Below are positions 1 through 9,232 of a DNA stretch of 32,000 nt, piece by piece. Below the pieces are notes generated by a model. The model ran no database searches, was not told the origin of the DNA, and worked only from the letters and a program-made list of their open reading frames with translations. Numbering within the stretch: position 1 is the first letter of the stretch; every line of letters starts with the position of its first letter. This DNA comes from Promethearchaeota archaeon (GTDB lineage: Archaea > Asgardarchaeota > Lokiarchaeia > Sigyniarchaeales > Promethearchaeaceae), in assembly GCA_016933055.1 (NCBI GenBank), contig JAFGBS010000002.1, positions 1-32,000 of the forward strand. Direction: 5' to 3'. Made by a program: the position numbers and the translations under genes.

Positions 1-1
1 A

Positions 2-3000
2 GGAGTGTACCAATATACTGCTTCCCATCCTGTTAACACTTATACATACACCATTTATGCAAATGATACCTACGGCAATCAAGATTCTCTAGCGGGACCC
101 GATATTGAAGTATCTGATACATTGGGACCAGTAATTTCAAATATTGAAGAAGTAAGTGGAGACCCAACGCAATTTGGAACTGAAATCTATATCAGAGTTG
201 AAATTACAGATAACTCGACTATAGACACTGTTACAATTGAGTTTGAAGGTACAAATTATACAATGATCCATCTCAGTGGTGATTTATATTATTTCACCCA
301 ATCGGAAGATCTTGGAGTCTATTCTTACTCAATTTATGCGAACGATACCTATGGGAATGAAAATTCAATAACTGGATTGAGTATAGAAGTTTCAGATACA
401 ACTCCCCCCGTCATGATAGAACTTGAAGAAGTAAGTGGAGAACCAACCGAGTTTGGTGAGGATGTGTATATTACAATAAATGTTTCTCATATAATGAGAG
501 TAGATTCCGTTTGGATCAACTGGGAAGGGACAAACTACTCAATGACTCTTCTAAGTGGGGATCAATATAATGGTATATACAACTACACAGCCACTTACGG
601 TATCGGAACATATACCTATACAATATATGCAAAAAGTTCAAACGATATTGAGAATTCAGTCGGACCTTGTACTATTGAAGTTGCTGATACAACAGGGCCC
701 ACTTTATCCAATTTGGATGAATACAGTGGAGATCCGGTTGAATATGGTGATGATGTTGAAATTCGCATTGATGTAACCGATTTATCCGATTTGGATAAAA
801 TTTGGATAACTTTCTCTGGGACGGATTATACAATGACAGTTGTTTCTGGAACTACTTATTCATATTCATACCCATGGCCTCCTGGATTTTATAGTTATAG
901 TATTCATGCAAACGATACTTATGGGAATTTAGCTACAGTGCAGTATGGAAATATAAGAGTAGAGGATACGACAGCTCCTACTATATCCAATGTGGTGGAG
1001 GTAAGTGCTGATCCAGTTGAGTTCGGGGAATTAATATATATTCGTGTAAACATTAGTGAGCTTTCAGGTCTTTTTGGTACAACTGTATTGTTAGAACTTG
1101 ATGGAACCAATTATACTATGAACCACATCATTGATGAAATGTACTATTATACCATAGCAACATCGGTTGGTATCCACAATTACAGAATATTTGCAATCGA
1201 TACGTATGGAAATACCGCGAATACGAGTTTCTTTGATATTACCGTAGAAGATACTACCAATCCTATCTTATCTAGCCTTGAGGAAGTGAATGGTGACCCC
1301 GTTGAATATAATGACGCAATATATGTCCAAGTAAATGTAACAGATTTATCTGCATTGGATGAAGTGTTAATTGAAATTAATGGAATAAATTATTCTATGG
1401 TTCTCGACAATTTTTACGATAATGAATATTTATTTTACTATATCGCTAATCTGGAAGTTAAATTCTATTCATACACCATTTATGCAAATGATACATATGG
1501 AAATGAAGCAATCCCAATTTCTAGTGACATTACAGTCGAAGACACCGTAGGTCCAGCCTTATCTAATCTTATAGAAGTGAGTGGGGATCCAACTCAACCT
1601 GATGAAGACATCTATATCAGAATCAACGTAACAGATGTTTCAACTATTGATTATGTATGGATAACTTTTGCAGGGACAGACTATACTATGACATACTTAG
1701 GTGGAGATATGTATTATTACTCGACTACGCAAATACCAAATACTTATAGTTATACAATACATGCAAATGATACGTATGGGAATCTAGCCACACCCTTGCC
1801 TGGTGATATTACTGTAGAAGATACGTTAGGTCCAGAATTGACCAACTTGATGGAAGTTAACGGAGATCCTGTGGAATTTAATGGCACTATCTATATAAGG
1901 GTTAATATTACTGACGTTTCCAGCTTAGATTCAGTTTTAATAGATTTCGGAGGGACCAATTATTCCATGACATTATTATCGGGAATAATGTACTATTATA
2001 CGGCAGCTCCAGGAGTCGGAACATTCAGTTATACGATCTATGCAAATGATACTCACGGTAATGAAGCAACCTCCCTTTCTGGAACTATCACTGTTGAGGA
2101 TACTACTGCTCCTACCTTAAACAACTTGGTAGAAGTAAGTGGAGATCCCGTTGCATATAATACAACCGTAACAATTCGAGTCAATGTTACTGACTTATCG
2201 CTTATAGATTCAATATGGATTACAATTGGTGGAAACACTTATGATCTAGAATACATGAGTGGAGATATGTATAATTTTACTGGAATACTTAATGTTGGCC
2301 TCAATAGTTATACGATATATGTCAATGATACCTATAACAATGTACAATCAATTTCAGGAGATATTACTGTATCGGAATATGTGCAATATATAATAGATTT
2401 CGATATATTGGATTATTCTGTTGCAAATCTAACAGCTGATACAGATTTTGTTGTAACTTTACCTTTCAATGATAGTAGTACCCTAGATTGGGCAAAAGTG
2501 TATTTTAAAATAGAATCTGGATTACAAGCATCCACGCCAATTGATTGGACATCCATTACACTTGTGAATGGTCAAGCAACAATTTCTTCTGAGTATTTTG
2601 ATGCTGGAGAAGTATTATCGTATTACTTCGAAATAAAAGACACCTATGGGGTCACATTCTATGTGAGTAGTTCAGGGATTAGTACAAGCAATACTACCTC
2701 TCAAACTAATGTATTTTCATTCCACATAACCGCTGTACCTCGACCTCCATTTGAATTTCCAACATGGGCATTCTACATTATCGGTGGGGTTGCAGCAGTA
2801 GCTATTCTTGTTAGCGCTATTGTAGCGGTTAGAAAAGCAAAATCCAAGCGCGAAATACTCGATATCCAAGGAGCTGAAGATGCTACAAATGCATTACTCG
2901 AACAACATAAATCTATACAAAAAGAAGCAATTAAGGCTGAAAAAGCAAATGACTTTTATACTGCTGTAACCATGTATGAGAAACTTATCGAAATTGCCAA

Positions 3001-3475
3001 CGAGCTTTTCAAGTATGGTCAGTCCAGTGCAATAGATAACATAAAGAATTATAGAGCTAAGATTGCGAAATATCAAAAGAAAGCGCAAAAATCCACTAAA
3101 CCAGGTGGTAAACAAGCACTTCAACAGACAGCAGCTGAGTATCTGAAAATGGCGGAAGATTATGAAGATGCTGATGATTTTGGAAATGCATTAATAATCT
3201 ACCATCAAATTTTGTTATTACGGGAAGAAATAAAAGATAAATCCCAAATTTCAGCTACAAAAGCAAAGATTAAAAATGCGATTTCCAATATTCCGGAGAT
3301 TAGAGAAATCAGTGCCAAATTATTAGTAGAAGCAGAAGAAAAATACAAAGCGAAAGAATATCTGACTGCATACTCCAATTATCGTTATCTTAGGACGATT
3401 TTTGATGCTCTCGGTGATAAGACGTTAATCAGTACTATAGACAAATTAATATCAGAAGTTACCAAACATCTGTAA
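2..3475 (+). CDS. Large single-pass surface protein, 5'-truncated by the window: >=8 tandem ~94-aa Ig-like repeats, one divergent Ig-like domain, a TM helix, and a ~215-aa cytoplasmic all-helical (MIT/TPR-like) tail
   Basis: The frame is open from the window start. The unit DTxxP...EVSGDP..(F/Y)G..IYIRVNxTD...GTNY(T/S)M...YSYTIYANDTYGN...ITVE occurs 8 times in full plus a partial copy. There are many NxT/S sequons. A hydrophobic stretch WAFYIIGGVAAVAILVSAIVAV is followed by RKAKSKR. Confidence 0.85.
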   Translation, partial: GVYQYTASHPVNTYTYTIYANDTYGNQDSLAGPDIEVSDTLGPVISNIEEVSGDPTQFGTEIYIRVEITDNSTIDTVTIEFEGTNYTMIHLSGDLYYFTQSEDLGVYSYSIYANDTYGNENSITGLSIEVSDTTPPVMIELEEVSGEPTEFGEDVYITINVSHIMRVDSVWINWEGTNYSMTLLSGDQYNGIYNYTATYGIGTYTYTIYAKSSNDIENSVGPCTIEVADTTGPTLSNLDEYSGDPVEYGDDVEIRIDVTDLSDLDKIWITFSGTDYTMTVVSGTTYSYSYPWPPGFYSYSIHANDTYGNLATVQYGNIRVEDTTAPTISNVVEVSADPVEFGELIYIRVNISELSGLFGTTVLLELDGTNYTMNHIIDEMYYYTIATSVGIHNYRIFAIDTYGNTANTSFFDITVEDTTNPILSSLEEVNGDPVEYNDAIYVQVNVTDLSALDEVLIEINGINYSMVLDNFYDNEYLFYYIANLEVKFYSYTIYANDTYGNEAIPISSDITVEDTVGPALSNLIEVSGDPTQPDEDIYIRINVTDVSTIDYVWITFAGTDYTMTYLGGDMYYYSTTQIPNTYSYTIHANDTYGNLATPLPGDITVEDTLGPELTNLMEVNGDPVEFNGTIYIRVNITDVSSLDSVLIDFGGTNYSMTLLSGIMYYYTAAPGVGTFSYTIYANDTHGNEATSLSGTITVEDTTAPTLNNLVEVSGDPVAYNTTVTIRVNVTDLSLIDSIWITIGGNTYDLEYMSGDMYNFTGILNVGLNSYTIYVNDTYNNVQSISGDITVSEYVQYIIDFDILDYSVANLTADTDFVVTLPFNDSSTLDWAKVYFKIESGLQASTPIDWTSITLVNGQATISSEYFDAGEVLSYYFEIKDTYGVTFYVSSSGISTSNTTSQTNVFSFHITAVPRPPFEFPTWAFYIIGGVAAVAILVSAIVAVRKAKSKREILDIQGAEDATNALLEQHKSIQKEAIKAEKANDFYTAVTMYEKLIEIANELFKYGQSSAIDNIKNYRAKIAKYQKKAQKSTKPGGKQALQQTAAEYLKMAEDYEDADDFGNALIIYHQILLLREEIKDKSQISATKAKIKNAISNIPEIREISAKLLVEAEEKYKAKEYLTAYSNYRYLRTIFDALGDKTLISTIDKLISEVTKHL
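116..2371 (+). repeat. Eight tandem coding repeats (~282 nt / ~94 aa each), Ig-like beta-sandwich
   Basis: Repeats start at DTLGP, DTTPP, DTTGP, DTTAP, DTTNP, DTVGP, DTLGP and DTTAP. They are conserved at protein level and diverged at DNA level. Confidence 0.9.
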
Positions 3476-3483
3476 TTAAAATC

Positions 3484-3493
3484 CCCTTTTTTT
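3484..3493 (+). terminator. Oligo-T archaeal-type terminator
   Basis: CCC followed by T7, about 10 nt after the stop of the Ig-repeat gene. Confidence 0.5.
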
Positions 3494-3606
3494 ATCATTA
3501 TAAGGAACCCAATCTCCCCTTTTATTTTCCTAAAACAGACTCGACTGGTATATAAAGAATTTTATCCATTACAATATTTTTTTATGAATTCAAGTAATTC
3601 TTGAAT

Positions 3607-4854
3607 ATGAGCATATTGAGTAGAAATAAAATCGCGATCCAAAAAGTATATCATGATGATGTAAAATCAGCCGTATTTTCTGCACTGGAACTGATAAACG
3701 CAAAAGACATGATGAACAGAGAAGGAATGACAGTTCTTCTCAAACCAAATCTACTTTCTGCAAAAAAGCCCGAGCTTGCAGCCACAACGCACCCAAAGGT
3801 GGTCAAGGCAGTAATTCATTGGGTAAAGCAATTTAATCCTGCTAAGATCTATGTTTGCGATTCGAGTGGCGGAGGAATGAAACCGGGAACCACCGAACGA
3901 GCAATGATAGCAAGTGAACTGAAACAAGTGTGTGATGAGGAAGGTGATAAAGTTGAATGTATTCCTTTTGAAGCTACTGAAAGAGAAATCTACAAAGTAA
4001 AGAATCCCTTAGAGTTGAACGAGTTCCCCAGTTCCAAGCTTATAAAAGAAGCTGATCTCATCATAAATTTGCCAAAAATCAAAACTCATAATCAATGCAC
4101 TCTTACATGCTGCATTAAGAATATGTTTGGAACAATATTACGATCAAATAAAGCGAAAACCCACGCACAATTTCCTTCGTTGAACCGATTTACTTCAGCT
4201 TTAGCTGATATTTATTCCGTTTCTAACCCACAATTGACTGTTATAGATGGTTATCTTGCCATGGAGGGCAGTGGTCCGGGTTCGGGAGATCCTGTCAAAT
4301 TGGATCTCATCATTGCGGGTTATGATGGGGTAGCTCTAGATACCGTTGTATGCAAAATTACAGAGATTCCCGTTGAAGATGTTCGATATCTTGCTTTTGC
4401 AGAACAAAAGGGATTGGGGACAACGGATATAACTAAAATTGAAATCTTAGGTGAGAGTATTGGGGATGTTAGACGGAAATTCAAATTACCCTCAGGTATC
4501 CAACCCGTTTCTGCATGGTTACCAAGAAAAGTTGCAGATTATATCTCAAAAATAGTATTTAAAGCTCGAATAGGCTTCGATGCAGATAAGTGTATATTGT
4601 GTGGTACTTGTTGGGAAAACTGTCCAGTAGGAGCTATAAATCCTCCCAAGATGAGAAAGAAAGGAAGCACGCCTATTTGGGATAAGAAGAAGTGCATAAC
4701 TTGTTTCTGCTGTCATGAATTATGTCCAGAAGCTGCTGTAACGCTTAAGGTACCCATTGCGAAAAATGCCATTTTCTCATGGCTAGGTTTAGCTGTCCTG
4801 GGATTTATAGCAGTAATTGGGGCAACACTAAGTCTCTTGCTGATATTATTATAA
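3607..4854 (+). CDS. DUF362 domain protein with C-terminal 2x[4Fe-4S] ferredoxin domain and a C-terminal TM anchor (paralog 1)
   Basis: Motifs VLLKPNLL, TTHP.VV.AV, INLPKIKTH, IKNMFG and G.GP..G. Fe-S motifs CILCGTCWENCP and CITCFCCHELCP. Hydrophobic C-terminus. ATG 3607 preferred over TTG 3601. Confidence 0.85.
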   Translation: MSILSRNKIAIQKVYHDDVKSAVFSALELINAKDMMNREGMTVLLKPNLLSAKKPELAATTHPKVVKAVIHWVKQFNPAKIYVCDSSGGGMKPGTTERAMIASELKQVCDEEGDKVECIPFEATEREIYKVKNPLELNEFPSSKLIKEADLIINLPKIKTHNQCTLTCCIKNMFGTILRSNKAKTHAQFPSLNRFTSALADIYSVSNPQLTVIDGYLAMEGSGPGSGDPVKLDLIIAGYDGVALDTVVCKITEIPVEDVRYLAFAEQKGLGTTDITKIEILGESIGDVRRKFKLPSGIQPVSAWLPRKVADYISKIVFKARIGFDADKCILCGTCWENCPVGAINPPKMRKKGSTPIWDKKKCITCFCCHELCPEAAVTLKVPIAKNAIFSWLGLAVLGFIAVIGATLSLLLILL

Positions 4855-4914
4855 TTCGATATCTACGAAAATATTTTCCTAATTTTTTTAAATACTCCCC
4901 TCAAAGATGTGTGT

Positions 4915-6156
4915 ATGCTAGAGAAGACTCCCATTGCTATCCAGAAGATTCTTAAAGATGACGTGAAAACAGCTGTATTCACCAGTCTGGAACTTATTAA
5001 TGCAAAACAGCTAATGAGAGATAATATGACAGTTCTCTTGAAACCTAATTTACTCCAACCAGCACCTCCAGAACGCGCAATTACCACACATCCTATGATT
5101 GTTCGAGCTGTAATTCAATGGGTAAGACAGTTTAATCCTACCAAGATTTATGTATGTGATTCCAGTGGAGGATTTAATTTTGGAGAAAGTAACACAGAAC
5201 GTGCTATGAAAGAAAGTGGTTTGAAAGCTGTCTGTGAGGAAGAGGGAGATTTAGTAGAATGTCTTCCTTTTGAGAAAACAGAACGTAGAATATACAAGGT
5301 AGAAAATCCATTAGAAGTAGAAGAGTTTCCTAGTTCAGTTTTACTTCACGATGTCGATCTCATCATTAATCTGCCTAAGATTAAGACACACGGACAAACT
5401 ACCATGACATGTTGTATCAAGAACATGTTTGGTACAATACTACGAACAAATAAAGCCCGTACGCATGCAAAGTATCCCTCATTAAACCGATTTACTTCAG
5501 CTTTAACCGATATTTACTCTGTCTCAAAACCTCAACTTGCTGTGGTGGATGGATATTATTGTATGGAGGGAAATGGACCATCTGCGGGAAAACCGGTAAA
5601 ACTTGATATCGTACTTGCGGGATATGATGGGGTTGCAATTGATTCTACCGTATGTAAAATTATCGGAGTCAATAGTGGAAACGTAAAATATCTAGCTTTT
5701 GCCGAAAAGAAAGGATTAGGAACCACTAATCAAGATGAAATCGAGATTCGAGGGGAATCAATTGATAACATCAAGCGTAAATTTAAAATTCCTGCTACAA
5801 TCAAGCCAGTGTCCGCTTGGTTACCGCGAGCCTTCGCAGATTACTTAGCACGCAGAGTTTTTAAAGCTACTATAACTTTTGATAACGATAAATGCAGACT
5901 TTGCTCAACTTGTTGGTCTAATTGCCCCGTTAATGCCATAAGCCCCCCAAAGGAGATAAAGAAGGGGAATGTGCCGATATGGGATATGAAGAAGTGTATT
6001 ACATGTTATTGTTGTGCTGAATTATGTCCTTACAGCGCTGTTGACGCCAGAATTCATCTCGTCAGAAATGTAATATTCTCTTGGTTTGGTTTGATGTTGT
6101 TCGGTGCATTAATTGTAATTGCTGCTGCTATAGTAATCCCAATATTACTCACATAA
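4915..6156 (+). CDS. DUF362 domain protein with 2x[4Fe-4S] ferredoxin domain and C-terminal TM anchor (paralog 2, tandem duplicate)
   Basis: Same motifs as paralog 1 (LLKPNLL, TTHP, NLPKIKTH, IKNMFG, GNGPSAG, CRLCSTCWSNCP, CITCYCCAELCP) and collinear with it over its whole length. ATG 4915 preferred over GTG 4909. Confidence 0.85.
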   Translation: MLEKTPIAIQKILKDDVKTAVFTSLELINAKQLMRDNMTVLLKPNLLQPAPPERAITTHPMIVRAVIQWVRQFNPTKIYVCDSSGGFNFGESNTERAMKESGLKAVCEEEGDLVECLPFEKTERRIYKVENPLEVEEFPSSVLLHDVDLIINLPKIKTHGQTTMTCCIKNMFGTILRTNKARTHAKYPSLNRFTSALTDIYSVSKPQLAVVDGYYCMEGNGPSAGKPVKLDIVLAGYDGVAIDSTVCKIIGVNSGNVKYLAFAEKKGLGTTNQDEIEIRGESIDNIKRKFKIPATIKPVSAWLPRAFADYLARRVFKATITFDNDKCRLCSTCWSNCPVNAISPPKEIKKGNVPIWDMKKCITCYCCAELCPYSAVDARIHLVRNVIFSWFGLMLFGALIVIAAAIVIPILLT

Positions 6157-6175
6157 TTGACTACTCCGGTCCGGA

Positions 6176-7123
6176 TTAAAATACATAATTTAACGTTAAC
6201 TGGGATATAATTATCATTAAAACGCTGAACACTATCGTGATCAATAACGGAAATAGCATAATCGTTATCCCTAATTTTATTTTTCCTAAATCGCTTTTCC
6301 GCAACCACCAAAATATCAACGTGCTAAGTAGAATATCGATTCCTGTAAATACGGAATTGAATATAAGCAATTCATATTTATTTCCGAATCTGTCAGGAAG
6401 CCCACTAATCCCCCAATGGAGGGGAATGAGGTCTGGTAGGTTAATATAGACGAAAAAAGTATAAATCCACGTTCCAACTCCCATCAGAATACATATCAAA
6501 AGCAAGACGGAAATCCATAATCGTGCCTTATTAATAATTTCTTGTGTAGCGCGAAGAGGCAATTCGGTATCCATTTCCACCATAGTTATAAAGGCCTGAT
6601 TTGAAGCGAGCGAGGATAAAAGTTTTTCGCGTGCATCTGGAGTGATCCCAAAAATTTTTCCATCTAAAGTTCGAAGAATAACAAGATTTTCGAGATTTGT
6701 AGCGTAAAATGTGGTTGGAACAAATTCTCCATCTATTTTTATATAGAATTTGCCTACTAAGTGTCCGGGAATACCGACTCCAAAGGCTCGAATTCCTTGT
6801 AATTTAGGATCTGTGACCGAAGCAACGGATTGAATGTTCTCAAGAGAGATTCGTCTTCTGAAAACACTCCATTTTAGAATTAAAGAATCTTTTGTCAAAA
6901 TATACTTCATGGAATAATATCCATGAGCGGTTATGCCTAAAACAAGTACTAGCAGTCCCATAAGAATTCCGATTAACACTAAAAACCATGGATCACCTAT
7001 TACGCTTAAAAAAATGATAGGAATTCCTAAAATGAGCAGAGAACCAACAAAAAAACTAATCGACCATATTCCCCCATGGGATTTTCTCGGTCGAAACGTG
7101 TAAGTTGTGGTTATTTCGTTCAA
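6176..7123 (-). CDS. Membrane protein: two TM helices, a bacterial PH-like domain (bPH_5-type), then a DUF1648-type membrane module
   Basis: Y.LTKDSLILKWSVFRRRISLENI.SV and GIRAFGVGIPGHLVGKF are PH-like. YINLPDLIPLHWGISGLPDRFGNK is the DUF1648 signature. The start is uncertain: TTG, with a stop three codons upstream. Confidence 0.7.
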   Translation of the reverse strand: MNEITTTYTFRPRKSHGGIWSISFFVGSLLILGIPIIFLSVIGDPWFLVLIGILMGLLVLVLGITAHGYYSMKYILTKDSLILKWSVFRRRISLENIQSVASVTDPKLQGIRAFGVGIPGHLVGKFYIKIDGEFVPTTFYATNLENLVILRTLDGKIFGITPDAREKLLSSLASNQAFITMVEMDTELPLRATQEIINKARLWISVLLLICILMGVGTWIYTFFVYINLPDLIPLHWGISGLPDRFGNKYELLIFNSVFTGIDILLSTLIFWWLRKSDLGKIKLGITIMLFPLLITIVFSVLMIIISQLTLNYVF

Positions 7124-7220
7124 TGATGGTCATGTTCTCCAATGAAGGGGAATTTAAGAAACTAAGGGAAACAAGAATAAAACGTGACTTTTTTATGAGG
7201 AGTATTCCCTAAGTTAAAAC

Positions 7221-8726
7221 ATGGTACTTGAGCACTTTGAACCATCTCATGTTTGGCGCATCTTTGAACAAGTATTAACAAAAACCCCTCGTTCGTCAAA
7301 AAAAGAAGAAAAGATCCGTGGGGCCGTGAAAAACTGGCTGAACCAGCAGAAAAAAAACGGAGCACCTCTTTCAATTACAGAAGATGCAATAGGAAATATC
7401 TGTATTAAAAAATCTGCTAGTTCAGGAATAGAAAATTCTCCCCCCATTCTCTTACAAGCACACTTGGATATGGTCTGCGAAACGGATCGTCCAGGAGGAT
7501 TTGATTTTGATTCACAACCAATACCCGTTAGAATACAGAACAATAAAGAGTGGGTAGATGCGGACGGAACAACCCTTGGTGCTGATAATGGAATTGGGGT
7601 TGCATTAATTCTTGGTCTATTAATAGATGAGAAAATCAACCATGGACCTTTAGAAGTGCTTTTAACGGTAGACGAGGAGACCGGTCTAACAGGTGCTTTC
7701 GAGTTGGATTTACAGAAACATAAGATACAAAGTAAATATTTGATAAATGTAGATTCTGAAGAGCTAGGTAAAATCACGATGGGGTCCGCTGGAGGGGGTG
7801 ATACAATATTTACTAAAAAATTACGAAGAACCGTTCCCAAAAATGATGGAAAAAGGGTTTTCTTCGAATTATATGTGTCTGGTTTACGTGGTGGTCATTC
7901 AGGAGGCGATATTCATCGAAACCGCGGGAATGCTCATAAAATTATAGCAAGAGTTATGTCGAATCTTTTAGAAACAGTTAAATGTAATTTGTGCACATGG
8001 GAGGGAGGATCCAAACATAATGCAATCCCGCGGGAGAGTACTATTGTTTTTGCTGCAAAAGTAGAAGACACAAAAAATATAGAGAGAAGCTTAAAAGATC
8101 AGAAAAAACAACTTGAAAAATACTATAAATCAATTTCCTATAGAACTCAAGAAGCAATTGAACCAAACTTTACTATGAAATGGAAGAAAATAAAAATACA
8201 ATCTTATATTTCGAGAGCAAATACGAACGATATCATTGCTACTGCGAATATGGTGCATTCTGGAGTGATTGAATTTTCTCCTTCTATGAGGAATTTGACA
8301 CAAACATCAAATAATTTCGCCATAGTACGAACTTCTGAATCAAAAATCGAATTTATTTTTTCCACACGGAGCAGTATAGATGCAGATCTGCATGCATTCC
8401 GATTGGTGTTACTTCAATTGGGGAAGCTGGCTGGTTGGAAAGTAAAGCAATTGGGAACCTATCCAGGTTGGATTCCCGATCCGAGTGCGGAGTTCCTCCA
8501 ATTCGCAAAACTTCAATACGAAAAGACAATCGGAGAGTCTGTGGAATTAAAAGCGGTACATGGTGGTTTAGAAACTGGTATTATTGGCGCAATGATTCCC
8601 GGATTACAAATGATTTCGATAGGACCAAGCATTCAAAATCCACATACTCCAGCAGAAAGGTTGAAAATAAAGGATGTGGCAATACTATATGAAGTTTTGA
8701 AAAATATCATACAAAACCTCAGATAA
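7221..8726 (+). CDS. pepD: Aminoacyl-histidine dipeptidase (peptidase M20C family)
   Basis: QAHLDMVCE, LGADNGIG, TVDEETGLTGA, INVDSEE, GLRGGHSG.DIH, HGGLETG and SIGP.I.NPHTPAERL. Confidence 0.92.
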   Translation: MVLEHFEPSHVWRIFEQVLTKTPRSSKKEEKIRGAVKNWLNQQKKNGAPLSITEDAIGNICIKKSASSGIENSPPILLQAHLDMVCETDRPGGFDFDSQPIPVRIQNNKEWVDADGTTLGADNGIGVALILGLLIDEKINHGPLEVLLTVDEETGLTGAFELDLQKHKIQSKYLINVDSEELGKITMGSAGGGDTIFTKKLRRTVPKNDGKRVFFELYVSGLRGGHSGGDIHRNRGNAHKIIARVMSNLLETVKCNLCTWEGGSKHNAIPRESTIVFAAKVEDTKNIERSLKDQKKQLEKYYKSISYRTQEAIEPNFTMKWKKIKIQSYISRANTNDIIATANMVHSGVIEFSPSMRNLTQTSNNFAIVRTSESKIEFIFSTRSSIDADLHAFRLVLLQLGKLAGWKVKQLGTYPGWIPDPSAEFLQFAKLQYEKTIGESVELKAVHGGLETGIIGAMIPGLQMISIGPSIQNPHTPAERLKIKDVAILYEVLKNIIQNLR

Positions 8727-9177
8727 GAGCATTTCTGGTATAGGCTTCTTCATCAGGGATAAATGACATTATCAATAAATCATCCCGATTATGCCAGCCC
8801 AAGTCTGCATAAAAATCTTGTATATTCTTATTTCTTTTCTCAATCAAAACGTGGATTTTTAGGATCCCTAGTTGTTTATAGATTTGATGCAATTCATGCA
8901 TTAACCGTATCCCATAGCCTTTTAGGCGGTATTTCGGATCTACAGCTAAGTGGTATATGTAACCCCGGAATCCGTCATTCATTCCCATTACACATGCAAC
9001 AATGCTACCATTAATTTTTCCTACCAAAAAGGTGTCTGGATTGCGTTTAGCTACTTTTTGGATCCGTTCACGGGTATCGGACGATCCTAGTGTTAAATTC
9101 CCCATTGTCCATAATACATACACACGATCATACATATCCATAGAAAATTTCTCTATATAGAACTCCTGGCTATTCAT
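8719..9177 (-). CDS. GNAT family acetyltransferase (YpeA-like)
   Basis: RNPDTFLVG...VMGMNDGFRGYIYHLAVDPKYRLKGYG, and N...Q.FY.DLG. Overlaps the pepD stop by 8 nt, convergently. Confidence 0.85.
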   Translation of the reverse strand: MNSQEFYIEKFSMDMYDRVYVLWTMGNLTLGSSDTRERIQKVAKRNPDTFLVGKINGSIVACVMGMNDGFRGYIYHLAVDPKYRLKGYGIRLMHELHQIYKQLGILKIHVLIEKRNKNIQDFYADLGWHNRDDLLIMSFIPDEEAYTRNALI

Positions 9178-9232
9178 TTGGGAGAGCTATCACGCCATCC
9201 TAATCAATGTTCGGAAAAAATCGGGTCTGGAA

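Noticed and set aside
116-2371. Periodic DNA similarity as a possible CRISPR array or satellite
   Set aside because: The period is ~282 nt, in frame, and conserved at protein rather than nucleotide level. It is a coding domain repeat.
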